In this document: piece after piece, positions 12,088-22,423 of the stretch
Layout of the letters: each line of letters begins with the position of its first letter
How positions within the stretch are numbered: the stretch's first letter is position 1
Source: an uncultured Pelagibacteraceae bacterium
GTDB lineage: Bacteria > Pseudomonadota > Alphaproteobacteria > Pelagibacterales > Pelagibacteraceae
Assembly: GCA_902547535.1 (NCBI GenBank)
Contig: CACCOB010000004.1
Span: 10,713-74,712 of the forward strand
Reading direction: 5' to 3'
DNA length: 64,000 nt
Notes under the pieces: model-generated
What the model saw: only the letters and a program-made list of their open reading frames with translations
The model's database searches: none
What the model was told of the DNA's origin: nothing
Made by a program: the position numbers and the translations under genes

Positions 12088-12738
12088 ATGGGAAAGAATA
12101 TTGAAATTTCTGAAAAAATTGAAAAATATATTAATAATTTTAGTTTTAAACTAAACTCAGTTCAAAAAGAAATCATAGATTATAATAATACCCTTGGAAA
12201 TGAAAAGAGAATGCAAGTAGCAATATCTCAATGTCATTTTCTCCATTTAATAATAAAAATATCTAATATAAAAAATGTGCTTGAGATTGGAACTTTTACT
12301 GGTTTAAGTGCACTTTCTATTGCTCTTGCACTTCCTGATGATGGAAAACTTACAGCACTTGATAAAGACAAAGAGACAAACAAGATCGCAGTAAGTTTTT
12401 TTAAGAAAGCTAATCAAGATAAAAAAATTCAAACGATTGTAAAACCTGCGCTAGATAGTTTAAATGAATTAAAAAAACAAAAATATGATATGGTTTTTAT
12501 TGATGCTGATAAGCTTAACTATAAAGAATATTATGAAAAATCATTAAAAATAACAAAAAAAGGTGGTTTGATCATTATTGATAATGTTTTATGGCATGGT
12601 GAAGTTGCAGATGAAGATAATATGGATAAATTTACATTAAATATTAGAGAATTAAATGAGCATGTATCAACTGATGAAAGGGTCGAACAAATAATTATCC
12701 CATTAGGAGATGGAATGACTGTTTGTAGGGTTTTATAA
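12088..12738 (+). CDS. class I SAM-dependent O-methyltransferase (CCoAOMT/TrmR-like family)
   Basis: VLEIGTFTGLS, DMVFIDADK, IIDNVLWHG, LGDGMT. Confidence 0.88.
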   Translation: MGKNIEISEKIEKYINNFSFKLNSVQKEIIDYNNTLGNEKRMQVAISQCHFLHLIIKISNIKNVLEIGTFTGLSALSIALALPDDGKLTALDKDKETNKIAVSFFKKANQDKKIQTIVKPALDSLNELKKQKYDMVFIDADKLNYKEYYEKSLKITKKGGLIIIDNVLWHGEVADEDNMDKFTLNIRELNEHVSTDERVEQIIIPLGDGMTVCRVL

Positions 12739-13640
12739 TGTTCAATATTTTTGGTTTTTATAAATTTAAAAAACTTAATAATCTTAAAAAATTGAAAAAT
12801 AGATTAGAAAACAATCTTAAAGATTATGAAATTAGAGGAACAATAATAATTTCACCCGAAGGTGTTAATGGAACAATTTCAGACAAAAAAAATAACCTTT
12901 TAAAATTCAATAAACTTCTAAAAAAAATATTATCTATAAAAAAATTTAATTCAGAAAATAATTCTAATAGTAAATTTAATCCATTTCATAAACTTAAAAT
13001 TAAAATCAAAAAGGAAGTTGTTCCAATGGGTTTTAAAGTTAGAAACTATAATTTTCCTAAGAACAACCTAAATCCAAGGGAATGGAATAAAATAATTAAA
13101 AAAAAGGATACAGTTTTGATAGATGCACGGAAATCTTTTGAGTATGATGTGGGTACTTTTAAAAAATCTTTAAATCCAAATATAGAAAACTTTCGTGAAT
13201 TTCCTAAATATTTAAATCAATTTAAAAATAGCGAAAATATAGCAATGTTTTGTACAGGTGGTATCAGGTGCGAAAAAGCAAATATTTATTTGAAAAAAAA
13301 AGGATTTAAAAATGTATATGTTTTAAAAGGCGGAATTATTAACTATCTGAACAATATTAATAAAAAAAATAGTCAATGGAACGGCGAATGTTTTGTTTTT
13401 GATAATAGAGTTTCAATAAAACATGGCTTGAGGCAGGGTAGTTATTCAATTTGTAGTGGTTGCAGAAAACCTGTTTCTATCAAAGAAAAAAAATCTTCTA
13501 AATATTTAGAAGGCATTCATTGTCCAAAATGTCACGATTCTTTAACAGATGATCAAAAATCAAGATTTGCTATGAGACAAAAACAGATATTACTTGCAAA
13601 AAAATTAGGTAAGAGACATATCTTCAAAAAAGAATATTAA
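12738..13640 (+). CDS. trhO: rhodanese-domain protein, TrhO/YceA-like tRNA U34 hydroxylase
   Basis: RGTIIISPEGVNGT, MFCTGGIRCEKA, LKGGI, GECFVFDNRV. Confidence 0.8.
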   Translation: MFNIFGFYKFKKLNNLKKLKNRLENNLKDYEIRGTIIISPEGVNGTISDKKNNLLKFNKLLKKILSIKKFNSENNSNSKFNPFHKLKIKIKKEVVPMGFKVRNYNFPKNNLNPREWNKIIKKKDTVLIDARKSFEYDVGTFKKSLNPNIENFREFPKYLNQFKNSENIAMFCTGGIRCEKANIYLKKKGFKNVYVLKGGIINYLNNINKKNSQWNGECFVFDNRVSIKHGLRQGSYSICSGCRKPVSIKEKKSSKYLEGIHCPKCHDSLTDDQKSRFAMRQKQILLAKKLGKRHIFKKEY

Positions 13641-13657
13641 AATAATAATTAATTTAT

Positions 13658-15019
13658 ATGGACTTGCTTAAAGAAAATATTCCTGTACTTGTAAGAAAAC
13701 TTGCAATACCAGCAAGTGTTGGAACTCTCTTTCAAACTTTATATAATATTGTAGATACATTTTATTCTGGACTAATTTCACCAGAGGCTCTATCAGCTTT
13801 AAGTAAATCTTTTCCAATATATTTTATAATTGTTGCAACATCTATTGGTGTTACTGTAGGTGGAACTTCATTGATAGGAAATAGTATTGGAGAAAAAAAT
13901 GAAAAAAATGCCTCCTACTATTTTACTCATATTATAATTTACGGTTTATTAATTTCAGTTTTTATAACATTTATAGGACTCTATTTTTCAGAAAAGGTAT
14001 TTGATCTGATGGGATCAACTCAAGAAATTACAAATTTGGGTCTCCAATATACAAATATTATGTTTTATGGATCATTCCTATTTTTCCTTGTAGTTTCATT
14101 AAACTCACTTTTACATGCGGAAGGAGACACAAAAACATACAGAAATGTTTTAATCCTTAGTTTTCTCTTAAACATAATTTTAAATCCTATCTTAATATTT
14201 GGTTTTTTATTTATTCCAGCAATGGGAATGATGGGAATAGGCTTATCAACAATTATTGCACAATTAATTGCATTTCTTATTATTCTTTTTAAAGTTTTAC
14301 AAAACCCACGAGTTAAAAAAATTACAATTGAATTTTTTAATATAAAATTAATTTTTTTAAAAAATATTTTCTTTCAATCAATGCCAATATCAATTGCAAT
14401 ATGTGGATATGCTGTAGCAGCTACATTTATATTCACTTATGTTGGTCAGACAAGTGAGCTAGCAGTTGCTGGTTATGGTGCAGCTACGAGAATAGAGCAG
14501 GTGGTTTTACTGCCAATACTGGGAATAAATACTGCGATAATCTCAATTATAGCTCAAAACTTCGGTGCAAATAACTTTGATAGAGTTAAAGAAACTTATT
14601 TCGTTTCAATTAAATATGGGCTTATCTTGATGGTTTTTTCAGGATTATTTGTTTATTTAACAGCTGATATAGTTCCAAGATTTTTTTCTAGTAACGAAGT
14701 AGTATTAGAATATGGAAGAAGGTATTTAAAAATTGCAGCTTTTATATTGCCAGCATATCCAATTTTCTTTTTATCTAATGGATTTTTTATGGGTTTGAAG
14801 AAGTCAAACTATGCAATGGTCAATAATATGATGAGAAATGTACTAGTGCCAATATGTGTTTTCTATTTAGCTAAATACTTATCAGCAGACTTTGATACTT
14901 TTTTTTGGTTATGGTTTGTTTTCCAATGGTCTCTATCTATACTTTTATTTACGTATGTTAGCTATTATATAAAAAAAAAATTAGATAAATCTAGCACTGT
15001 CCTTAATCCACAACCATAA
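13658..15019 (+). CDS. MATE family efflux transporter
   Basis: Multiple hydrophobic segments, LYNIVDT, GDTKT, LNIILNPILIFG, AQNFGA. Confidence 0.9.
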   Translation: MDLLKENIPVLVRKLAIPASVGTLFQTLYNIVDTFYSGLISPEALSALSKSFPIYFIIVATSIGVTVGGTSLIGNSIGEKNEKNASYYFTHIIIYGLLISVFITFIGLYFSEKVFDLMGSTQEITNLGLQYTNIMFYGSFLFFLVVSLNSLLHAEGDTKTYRNVLILSFLLNIILNPILIFGFLFIPAMGMMGIGLSTIIAQLIAFLIILFKVLQNPRVKKITIEFFNIKLIFLKNIFFQSMPISIAICGYAVAATFIFTYVGQTSELAVAGYGAATRIEQVVLLPILGINTAIISIIAQNFGANNFDRVKETYFVSIKYGLILMVFSGLFVYLTADIVPRFFSSNEVVLEYGRRYLKIAAFILPAYPIFFLSNGFFMGLKKSNYAMVNNMMRNVLVPICVFYLAKYLSADFDTFFWLWFVFQWSLSILLFTYVSYYIKKKLDKSSTVLNPQP

Positions 15020-15526
15020 ATCTTCTGAAAAGGATCTTCTTACAAAAAGATTAATTTCATTGATTTCCTTATGGTGGATAATCACATCTGTATGATTTAA
15101 TAGGGTTTGTGTAACTGAGTTTTTAGTTTTTTTAAAACCTTCAAAATTAAATGGCGATCCAGAGGAAAGAAGATCAAAAGTCTTTTTACCTTTAATATTA
15201 ATACAAATCCATTGATTTGAGACATCAACGACTGAACCAAAATTGAGTTTTGAAATTTCATTAAAAAGGTTATTGAATAATTGTGGATCTTCACCGTTAA
15301 AATATACTAACCATTCGTCTGGACTTAGCCACAGTGTGTTGTATTGTTGATTTGATGAACTTGTATTTGGCTCAATAGGTAAAATTATAGATAAGATTTT
15401 TCCTATTCTGGTAAAAAATTCTTTCTTTTTTCCTCTTAAATTTATTTTTACAATTGGTTCAGATAATGAAATTTCGATACCTTCAAATGAACCTTTTTCA
15501 AATTTAGGATATTCTTGATTAAGCAT
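14981..15526 (-). CDS. soxG: sarcosine oxidase gamma subunit
   Basis: LWLSPDEWL, VDVS, VRRSF; last gene of sox operon. Confidence 0.9.
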   Translation of the reverse strand: MLNQEYPKFEKGSFEGIEISLSEPIVKINLRGKKKEFFTRIGKILSIILPIEPNTSSSNQQYNTLWLSPDEWLVYFNGEDPQLFNNLFNEISKLNFGSVVDVSNQWICINIKGKKTFDLLSSGSPFNFEGFKKTKNSVTQTLLNHTDVIIHHKEINEINLFVRRSFSEDLWLWIKDSARFI

Positions 15527-18521
15527 TAATCCTCTTATTTTCTTTATCTAGAAAAACAGATTCAGAAACTGTTACATTTATGTTTTTATTCTCCATTGGC
15601 ACAATAAGTTTTTGGCCACTCATTTTTTTTCCATTTTTTACGACAGCAAGTGCAATTGATTTATTTAAATTTGGACTAAAGTAACTCGATGTTACATGTC
15701 CAATCATTTCTATTGGTTTTTTTTTCATATCAGAAACAATCTGAGCTCCTTCCTCTAAAACTTCATTTGGATCATCTGTGAGTAATCCTACAAGTTGTTT
15801 TCTATTTTCTCTAATAGTATCACTTCTATAAAGTGATCTTTTTCCAATAAAATCATATTTTTTTTTGCTAACTATCCAATCCATTTGAAGGTCAATTGGC
15901 GTCATAGTTCCATCTGTATCTTGACCGACAATAATAAAACCTTTTTCAGCTCTTAATAAATGCATGGTTTCTGTTCCATAAGGGGTAATTTTAAATTCTT
16001 TTCCTACCTCAATACATTTCTCCCATAACGATTTTCCATATTTTGACTCTATATTAATTTCATAACTAAGTTCACCAGTAAAACTTATTCTCATTATTCT
16101 ACAACTAATCTTATCAATTTTGGCATTTTGGTAAGACATATGTGGAAAAGCATCATCACTAAAATCTTTATCAGGAAATATTTTTGTTAATATTTTTTTA
16201 GAGTTTGGACCGCATATACTTGCTGTCGAGTAGTGATCGGTGACTGATGTTAAGTAAACATCTAACTCAGGCCACTCTGTTTGTAAATAATCTTCAAGTT
16301 TTGAAAGAACATTTGCTGCCCCTCCAGTTGTTGTAGTCATTAAATAATGATTTTCGCCTAATCTTGTCGTAACACCATCATCATAAACCATACCATCTTC
16401 ATTTAACATTAATCCATATCTACATTTTCCAATTCCTAATTTTGACCATGTATTTGTGTATACTCTATTTAAAAACTCAGATGCGTCAGTTCCTTGAATA
16501 TCTATTTTTCCAAGTGTAGAAGCATCTAAAATTCCTGCACTATCTCTAGCTGCCTTACTTTCTCTTTGAACAGCATCATGAAGACTTTCGTCATTAATAG
16601 GGTAGTACCAAGGCCTTTTCCATTGTCCAACATTTTCAAATTTAGCATTATTCTGAATATGCCATTCATGAATTGACGTTTTTCTTATAATATCAAAAAA
16701 TTTACCCACACTTCTTCCAACTATTGAACCAAAAGTTAAGGGTGTGAACGGTGGTCTAAATGTTGTTATTCCTAATGTACCCATTTTAACACCAGCAGTA
16801 TCTGCAATAATCCCCAATGCATGCATGTTGGATAGTTTGCCCTGATCAGTTGCCATGCCAGTTGTTGTGTAACGTTTTACATGTTCAATAGATTTAAAAC
16901 CTTCTCTAAGCGCAAGTTTTATATCTTTTGCAGTAGAGTCATTTTGAAAATCAATAAAAGATTTGCATTTACCCTCTGATATATAATTTGGTAGTAGCCA
17001 TATATTTCTTTTATCTAATTCTTTTGAGTTTAGAACAGAAGTGTTGTCAAATTCGGTTTCGCTTACCTTCAAAAAATTCTTTACCTTTTTATTTGTATTA
17101 TTAATTATTTCTTCAAGTTCAAAGTCACCATTACATGAACCAACATTAATATGATTTTTGTCGATTTCAGTTGGTATAAAAATTTGATCATTTTCTCTAA
17201 AATCTAATTTCCCACCAGATTGTGTATGCATATGAACCATTGGTGTCCAACCACCACTTACTGCTAAGCAATCACAGTTAATTCTATTTTTGTCTCCAAC
17301 AACATTTGATCCATCTTCTGATAAATTCATTATCTCAATAGAATTTATTTTTCTATGACCAAAAGTGTTAACGATCGTTGAGTTCCAATAGATCTTAACT
17401 CCAAGTTTTTCAGCATTTTTAACAATTTTGGAATTAGACTTTTTTCTTATATCTATTATTTCGACAGATATTCCTTTTTCTTTAAACGAAACAGCCGTTT
17501 CGTAAGCACTATCATTATTTGTAAATATCACATTATTAAATCCACAAGATACACCATAAAAATCTAAATATTTTTTTACAGAGTTAGCAAGCATTATTCC
17601 TGGTCTATCGTTATTATTAAATACAAGGGGTCTTTCAATAGCACCTGTTGCTACTATTACTTTATCAGCTCTAATTTTCCATAATCTCTGTCTGATGTCA
17701 CCATTTCTTTTATCCAACGGTAGGTGGTCTGAAATATTTTCTTTTGCTAAGAGATAATTATAGCTGTGATAAGCTGCTAAGCTTGTTCTAGTTTTGATTG
17801 TTAAATTATCTAATTTTTTAAGTTCTGCTATCTCCTCATCTATCCATTCACTTGAATATTTATCATTAATTTTATAATTTTCATTCTTTTGAAATATTGT
17901 TGATCCACCAAGGATATTTTTATCTTCAATCAATATTGTTTTTAAATTGTTTTTAGCAGCAATTTTTGATGCTATAATTCCTGAAATACCACCACCTATA
18001 ATTAATACATCACAATGAACATGTTTATGGTCATACAATTCAGGATCGGGTTTTGTTGGTGATTTCCCTAGTCCCGCAGACCATCGTATCAGCGGTTCAT
18101 AAATTTTTTTCCAGAAACTTTTAGGCCACATAAAAGTCTTATAATAAAAACCTGCAGGTATAAATGGAGATATAAAATTGTTAATTCCTCCTATATCAAA
18201 ATTAACACTGGGCCAACAATTTTGACTTGAGCTTTTTAAACCTTCATACAATTCAATCTCTGTAGCTCTAACATTAGGTTCTGTTAAATCTGTATCTTCG
18301 TTTATTTGGCATATCGCATTAGGTTCTTCGGATCCACTAGACATTATCCCTCTTGGCCGATGATATTTAAAGCTTCTACCAACTAAATGAACACCATTTG
18401 AAAGTAGGGCAGATGCCAAAGTATCACCGTCAAAACCGTGATAAGATTTTCCATCGAAATTGAATGAAACTGTTTTAGTTTGATCTACATGTTTTGTCTT
18501 ATTAACTCTATATTTTGTCAT
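15519..18521 (-). CDS. soxA: sarcosine oxidase alpha subunit
   Basis: GDTLASALL, RSFKYHRPRG, KRYTTTGMATDQGK, GcvT-like C-terminus LRAEKG. Confidence 0.95.
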   Translation of the reverse strand: MTKYRVNKTKHVDQTKTVSFNFDGKSYHGFDGDTLASALLSNGVHLVGRSFKYHRPRGIMSSGSEEPNAICQINEDTDLTEPNVRATEIELYEGLKSSSQNCWPSVNFDIGGINNFISPFIPAGFYYKTFMWPKSFWKKIYEPLIRWSAGLGKSPTKPDPELYDHKHVHCDVLIIGGGISGIIASKIAAKNNLKTILIEDKNILGGSTIFQKNENYKINDKYSSEWIDEEIAELKKLDNLTIKTRTSLAAYHSYNYLLAKENISDHLPLDKRNGDIRQRLWKIRADKVIVATGAIERPLVFNNNDRPGIMLANSVKKYLDFYGVSCGFNNVIFTNNDSAYETAVSFKEKGISVEIIDIRKKSNSKIVKNAEKLGVKIYWNSTIVNTFGHRKINSIEIMNLSEDGSNVVGDKNRINCDCLAVSGGWTPMVHMHTQSGGKLDFRENDQIFIPTEIDKNHINVGSCNGDFELEEIINNTNKKVKNFLKVSETEFDNTSVLNSKELDKRNIWLLPNYISEGKCKSFIDFQNDSTAKDIKLALREGFKSIEHVKRYTTTGMATDQGKLSNMHALGIIADTAGVKMGTLGITTFRPPFTPLTFGSIVGRSVGKFFDIIRKTSIHEWHIQNNAKFENVGQWKRPWYYPINDESLHDAVQRESKAARDSAGILDASTLGKIDIQGTDASEFLNRVYTNTWSKLGIGKCRYGLMLNEDGMVYDDGVTTRLGENHYLMTTTTGGAANVLSKLEDYLQTEWPELDVYLTSVTDHYSTASICGPNSKKILTKIFPDKDFSDDAFPHMSYQNAKIDKISCRIMRISFTGELSYEINIESKYGKSLWEKCIEVGKEFKITPYGTETMHLLRAEKGFIIVGQDTDGTMTPIDLQMDWIVSKKKYDFIGKRSLYRSDTIRENRKQLVGLLTDDPNEVLEEGAQIVSDMKKKPIEMIGHVTSSYFSPNLNKSIALAVVKNGKKMSGQKLIVPMENKNINVTVSESVFLDKENKRINA

Positions 18522-18797
18522 TTATTCAACCGGTGGTTTTTCGCCCATTTTATAAACCGCATGTATCTTGTCATTTGATGTGTCTCTAACCATATTAAAC
18601 CATTTCCTACATCCATGAGCATGGTTCCATCTTTCGAACTGAACTCCTTTAATATTCTTTCTCATAAATAGATATTCTGCCCATTGATCATCACTTAGCT
18701 CAGTTGGTTGTTTGGGTCTAACTATGTGAGCTTCACCTCCACATGAAAATTCACTTTGGTCTCTTTCACCACAATATGGACAATTTATTAAAAACAT
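18522..18797 (-). CDS. soxD: sarcosine oxidase delta subunit
   Basis: INCPYCGER..EF..GGEAH, W.H..GCRKWF. Confidence 0.95.
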   Translation of the reverse strand: MFLINCPYCGERDQSEFSCGGEAHIVRPKQPTELSDDQWAEYLFMRKNIKGVQFERWNHAHGCRKWFNMVRDTSNDKIHAVYKMGEKPPVE

Positions 18798-20050
18798 TAG
18801 TGTGCTACAGCGGCTGCACCATGTTCGTCAACTAGATCTCCACTCACAAATCGATTAAGATTAAATGCAGCATTTAATTTATGTGGTTCATCATTAGCAA
18901 TAGTGTGTGCAAATAAATCGCCAGATCCAGGTGTTGCTTTAAAACCTCCCGTGCCCCAACCACAGTTAAAATAGAGTCCTTTTATATTTGTTTTACTAAT
19001 TATTGGACTTGCATCAGGACATATATCAACAATTCCACCCCATTGTCTCAACATTTTCATTCGGCTAAAAATAGGGTACAGCTCCAATATTGCTTTTAAT
19101 GTTCCTTCAACAACATCGTGACTTCCTCTTTGAGTATAAGAAACATAAGCGTCCGTACCAGCGCCAATTACTAGTTCACCTTTGTCAGACTGACTAACAT
19201 ATGCATGTACAGCGTTGGACATTACTACAGTATCAATTATTGGTTTGACTGGTTCTGAAACTAATGCCTGTAAAGGTTTGCTTTCCAGTGGTAATTTTAA
19301 TCCTGCCATGTTAGCAATTACACTTGAATGTCCTGCTGCAACAACACCAATTTTTTTTGTTTTAATAAATCCTTTTGATGTTTCAACACCCTCAACTTGA
19401 TCTCCATTTCTTTTTATACCTTTAACTTCACAATTTTGTATTATATCAACTCCCATTTCATCCGCACCTCTTGCATAACCCCATGCAACAGCATCATGTC
19501 TAGCAGTTCCTGCTCTTCTTTGTAATGTTCCACCAAGAACAGGGTATCTTATATCTGGAGAAGTATTTATTATTGGACAAAATTCTTTTACTTGATTTGT
19601 ACTTAACCATACTGCATCAATGCCATTAAGTCTGTTTGCGTGAGTTCTTCTTTTTAAATCCCTTACATCTTGAAGGTTATGGGCTAAATTCATAACTCCT
19701 CTTTGACTGAACATTATATTGTAATTTAATTCTTGAGATAAATTTTCCCAAATCTTTAATGCATGGTCGTATAATCCAGCACTTGCATCCCACAAATAAT
19801 TTGATCTTATAATTGTAGTATTTCTTCCTGTATTTCCGCCACCAATCCAGCCTTTTTCTAAAACAGCAATATTTCTCATGTTATGCTTTTTAGCTAGGTA
19901 GTAAGCTGTTGCTAAACCGTGGCCACCACCACCAATTATAATAGCTTCATATTCTCTTTTTGGCTCAGGATCTCCCCAAGCTTGCTTCCAGTTTTCATGC
20001 TGCGAAAAAGCATTTTTAATTAGTGAGAATATCGAATATTTGTTTTTCAT
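18797..20050 (-). CDS. soxB: sarcosine oxidase beta subunit
   Basis: [42 protein letters not shown]. Confidence 0.96.
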   Translation of the reverse strand: MKNKYSIFSLIKNAFSQHENWKQAWGDPEPKREYEAIIIGGGGHGLATAYYLAKKHNMRNIAVLEKGWIGGGNTGRNTTIIRSNYLWDASAGLYDHALKIWENLSQELNYNIMFSQRGVMNLAHNLQDVRDLKRRTHANRLNGIDAVWLSTNQVKEFCPIINTSPDIRYPVLGGTLQRRAGTARHDAVAWGYARGADEMGVDIIQNCEVKGIKRNGDQVEGVETSKGFIKTKKIGVVAAGHSSVIANMAGLKLPLESKPLQALVSEPVKPIIDTVVMSNAVHAYVSQSDKGELVIGAGTDAYVSYTQRGSHDVVEGTLKAILELYPIFSRMKMLRQWGGIVDICPDASPIISKTNIKGLYFNCGWGTGGFKATPGSGDLFAHTIANDEPHKLNAAFNLNRFVSGDLVDEHGAAAVAH

Positions 20051-20064
20051 ATTTGCCAGAAATT

Positions 20065-20099
20065 ACTTGATTAATATTGAATATTCAATGATTTCAAGT
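20065..20099. promoter_or_regulatory. palindrome in soxB / tRNA-Ser divergent promoter region (candidate operator)
   Basis: Perfect 14-bp palindrome ATTGAATATTCAAT (20076-20089) inside outer arms ACTTGA/TCAAGT. Confidence 0.4.
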
Positions 20100-20114
20100 T
20101 ACACATCTACGTAC

Positions 20115-20209
20115 GGAAGGATGGGTGAGCTGGTTGAAACCAGCGGTTTGCTAAACCGCCGTACGCTTGAAAAGGTGTACCGAGGGTTCGAATCCCTCTC
20201 CTTCCGCCA
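20115..20209 (+). tRNA. tRNA-Ser(GCT)
   Basis: Acceptor GGAAGGA/TCCTTCC, anticodon arm GCGGT-ttGCTaa-ACCGC, long variable arm, GGTTCGAATCC T-arm, encoded CCA. Confidence 0.96.
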
Positions 20210-22396
20210 TTAATATAGTGGCTTATTTTTAAAAAAATCGCTGAGATAAATTGGTTTTTGAGACAATATGTACCTATAAACATTATAATTTTCTAAAACT
20301 CTTTGAACGTAATTTCTGGTTTCTTTAAATTTTATTAGCTCAACCCAATCCACATAATCTATTTGTTTTTTCTGGGGATCCTTGTTTAATTTCTTCCAGT
20401 ACTTAACTCTTTTGGGTCCTGCATTATAAGCAGCTGTAGCAAAAGGGTAGGAGCCTTTATAATTACTAATCAATCCAGCTATATAATGAGATCCTAAATT
20501 TATATTATACTCAGGGTCGGTTGTTAATTTTGATTTAGAGTAACCAAGTTTAGCTTGTTTTGAAACTGTTTTAGCAGTGTATGGCATTAACTGCATTAAT
20601 CCTTGAGCACCAACTCTGCTTCTAGCCGAAGTATCAAATTCACTTTCCTGTCTTATAATAGATAATATTAAAGCTGGATCAGGAATTTTCCTGCCGCCAA
20701 CAAATTTTGGCACACTCATGATTGGGTAATTATATTGGTTATGAAATCTTTTTTGATATGATGCTATTTTGGAAACTTGTATTGCAAAATCAAATCGTGA
20801 AATATCGGACGCCAGTTTCGCAGCCAAAACCTCGCTTCCCTTTTCTATATTATCATTAGCTAAATGTCTTAATATATGTTTAGTGTATTTATCTTTATTT
20901 AAATAATCAAGTAGATCCACAATTGCGACAAGTTTTTTTAGATAAAATTCTTGCTCATATTTATCATCAACAAACATTAATTTATCTAGTTCAAATTTTT
21001 CTTTTGGTTTAACTTTCATATGTGAAAGTTGACCATAATAAGTTGTTAAATAATTTGATCCTTCAAAATACCATTTGTTAGAATTTTCTTTATCACCAAT
21101 TTTTTCATAAGTTCTTCCTAACCAGTAAGCACCTCTTGAAAGACTTATTGGGTAGTTAACACTGTAATAAAAATTTTTAAAATGGTTTTCAGCCAGCTCA
21201 GGTTTTTTTAAAAAACTTAATGCTATCCAGCCACTCATCCATTCAGCCTCACTATATTCAGGGCCTTCTGACATTGCATGTTTTGAAACTACTTTATAAG
21301 CAGTATTATATTTTTTTTTATATAATAAAGATCTTCCAATTATTGATCTTTCTTTCCACCATTTATCAGGTCTAACTAAATATTTCTTTGTATTTTGAAT
21401 ATCATTTAATATTTCTAATGAACTATCTACACGACCTTTTTTCCGTCTCCATTTTAATCTGTCATATTTTAGGCCAGGATCATTTTTTAATTTTTGTGGT
21501 ACTTTTTTAATTGCCTCATCAACACCATAGCCTCTACTTATTAATATTTGTCTAGCTGTATAAAGTAGTTGATAATCCTTTGGTAAATATCTAATAATTC
21601 TTTTAAGGTCCCAGTGTTTACCTTCCCACGCATAATAATCTGCTCGTTTGATATAATCTGAAGTATCTAAAATATTTTTAAATTTTTTTCTAAAATATTT
21701 TAGACTATTTGTATTTAAGTCAGCATTTACAAAACCTTCTTTGACTAGTTTAATACCTTCCCCCGATCTACCGATTTTTATCAAACTTTCACCTAACATC
21801 ATTTTTCCATATCCACTTAATGGCTCGTTACTTTGAAACCAATTAATGATTTCTGTAGAAGAATGGTTTTGTAAATTTATTTTGTGTTCAGCAAGATATC
21901 TGATTCTATCAAATCTTGGATAATCCTTAACTCTTTCAATAAACCTTTTATATTCAGAAAAAGTTACTTTATTTCCTGAGGTAAGTAGATGTCTCCATTC
22001 AATGAAATCATATATTGATTGAGCTCTTGCCTTTTGTGCTGTGCTTTTTGCATCTTTCCAATTAGATTTTTCCATAAATCTAATTGCTTGTTTTGCATAT
22101 TCAAAATCTCTCTCACTATAGTATCTTGTTTTTTTTGCTGTTCTTAATAACTGTTTTTTAACGACAAGTGGCTTTTTTGGAGGTAATAAAATTCCAAATA
22201 TCTCTTTAGGTAAATCTTTATCATCCTTTAAACTTTGTTTTTCATCAAATGTTCCAGGTTTCAACTGAGGTATTAATATCTGATTTTTAAATGTAGGTTT
22301 TTTCTTAGGTATTATTATTTCATTTGAATATGATGATTGAAAAAAGCTAAAAAAAAATATAGTTGTTAGTAGTAATATAGATTTTCTAAAAATCAT
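20210..22396 (-). CDS. soluble lytic murein transglycosylase (Slt70-like)
   Basis: N-terminal signal peptide; IIRQES catalytic Glu, GLMQLMP, AAYNAGP, ETRNYV. Confidence 0.92.
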   Translation of the reverse strand: MIFRKSILLLTTIFFFSFFQSSYSNEIIIPKKKPTFKNQILIPQLKPGTFDEKQSLKDDKDLPKEIFGILLPPKKPLVVKKQLLRTAKKTRYYSERDFEYAKQAIRFMEKSNWKDAKSTAQKARAQSIYDFIEWRHLLTSGNKVTFSEYKRFIERVKDYPRFDRIRYLAEHKINLQNHSSTEIINWFQSNEPLSGYGKMMLGESLIKIGRSGEGIKLVKEGFVNADLNTNSLKYFRKKFKNILDTSDYIKRADYYAWEGKHWDLKRIIRYLPKDYQLLYTARQILISRGYGVDEAIKKVPQKLKNDPGLKYDRLKWRRKKGRVDSSLEILNDIQNTKKYLVRPDKWWKERSIIGRSLLYKKKYNTAYKVVSKHAMSEGPEYSEAEWMSGWIALSFLKKPELAENHFKNFYYSVNYPISLSRGAYWLGRTYEKIGDKENSNKWYFEGSNYLTTYYGQLSHMKVKPKEKFELDKLMFVDDKYEQEFYLKKLVAIVDLLDYLNKDKYTKHILRHLANDNIEKGSEVLAAKLASDISRFDFAIQVSKIASYQKRFHNQYNYPIMSVPKFVGGRKIPDPALILSIIRQESEFDTSARSRVGAQGLMQLMPYTAKTVSKQAKLGYSKSKLTTDPEYNINLGSHYIAGLISNYKGSYPFATAAYNAGPKRVKYWKKLNKDPQKKQIDYVDWVELIKFKETRNYVQRVLENYNVYRYILSQKPIYLSDFFKNKPLY

Positions 22397-22423
22397 TTTT
22401 AATAACTTATGATATAAATATTT

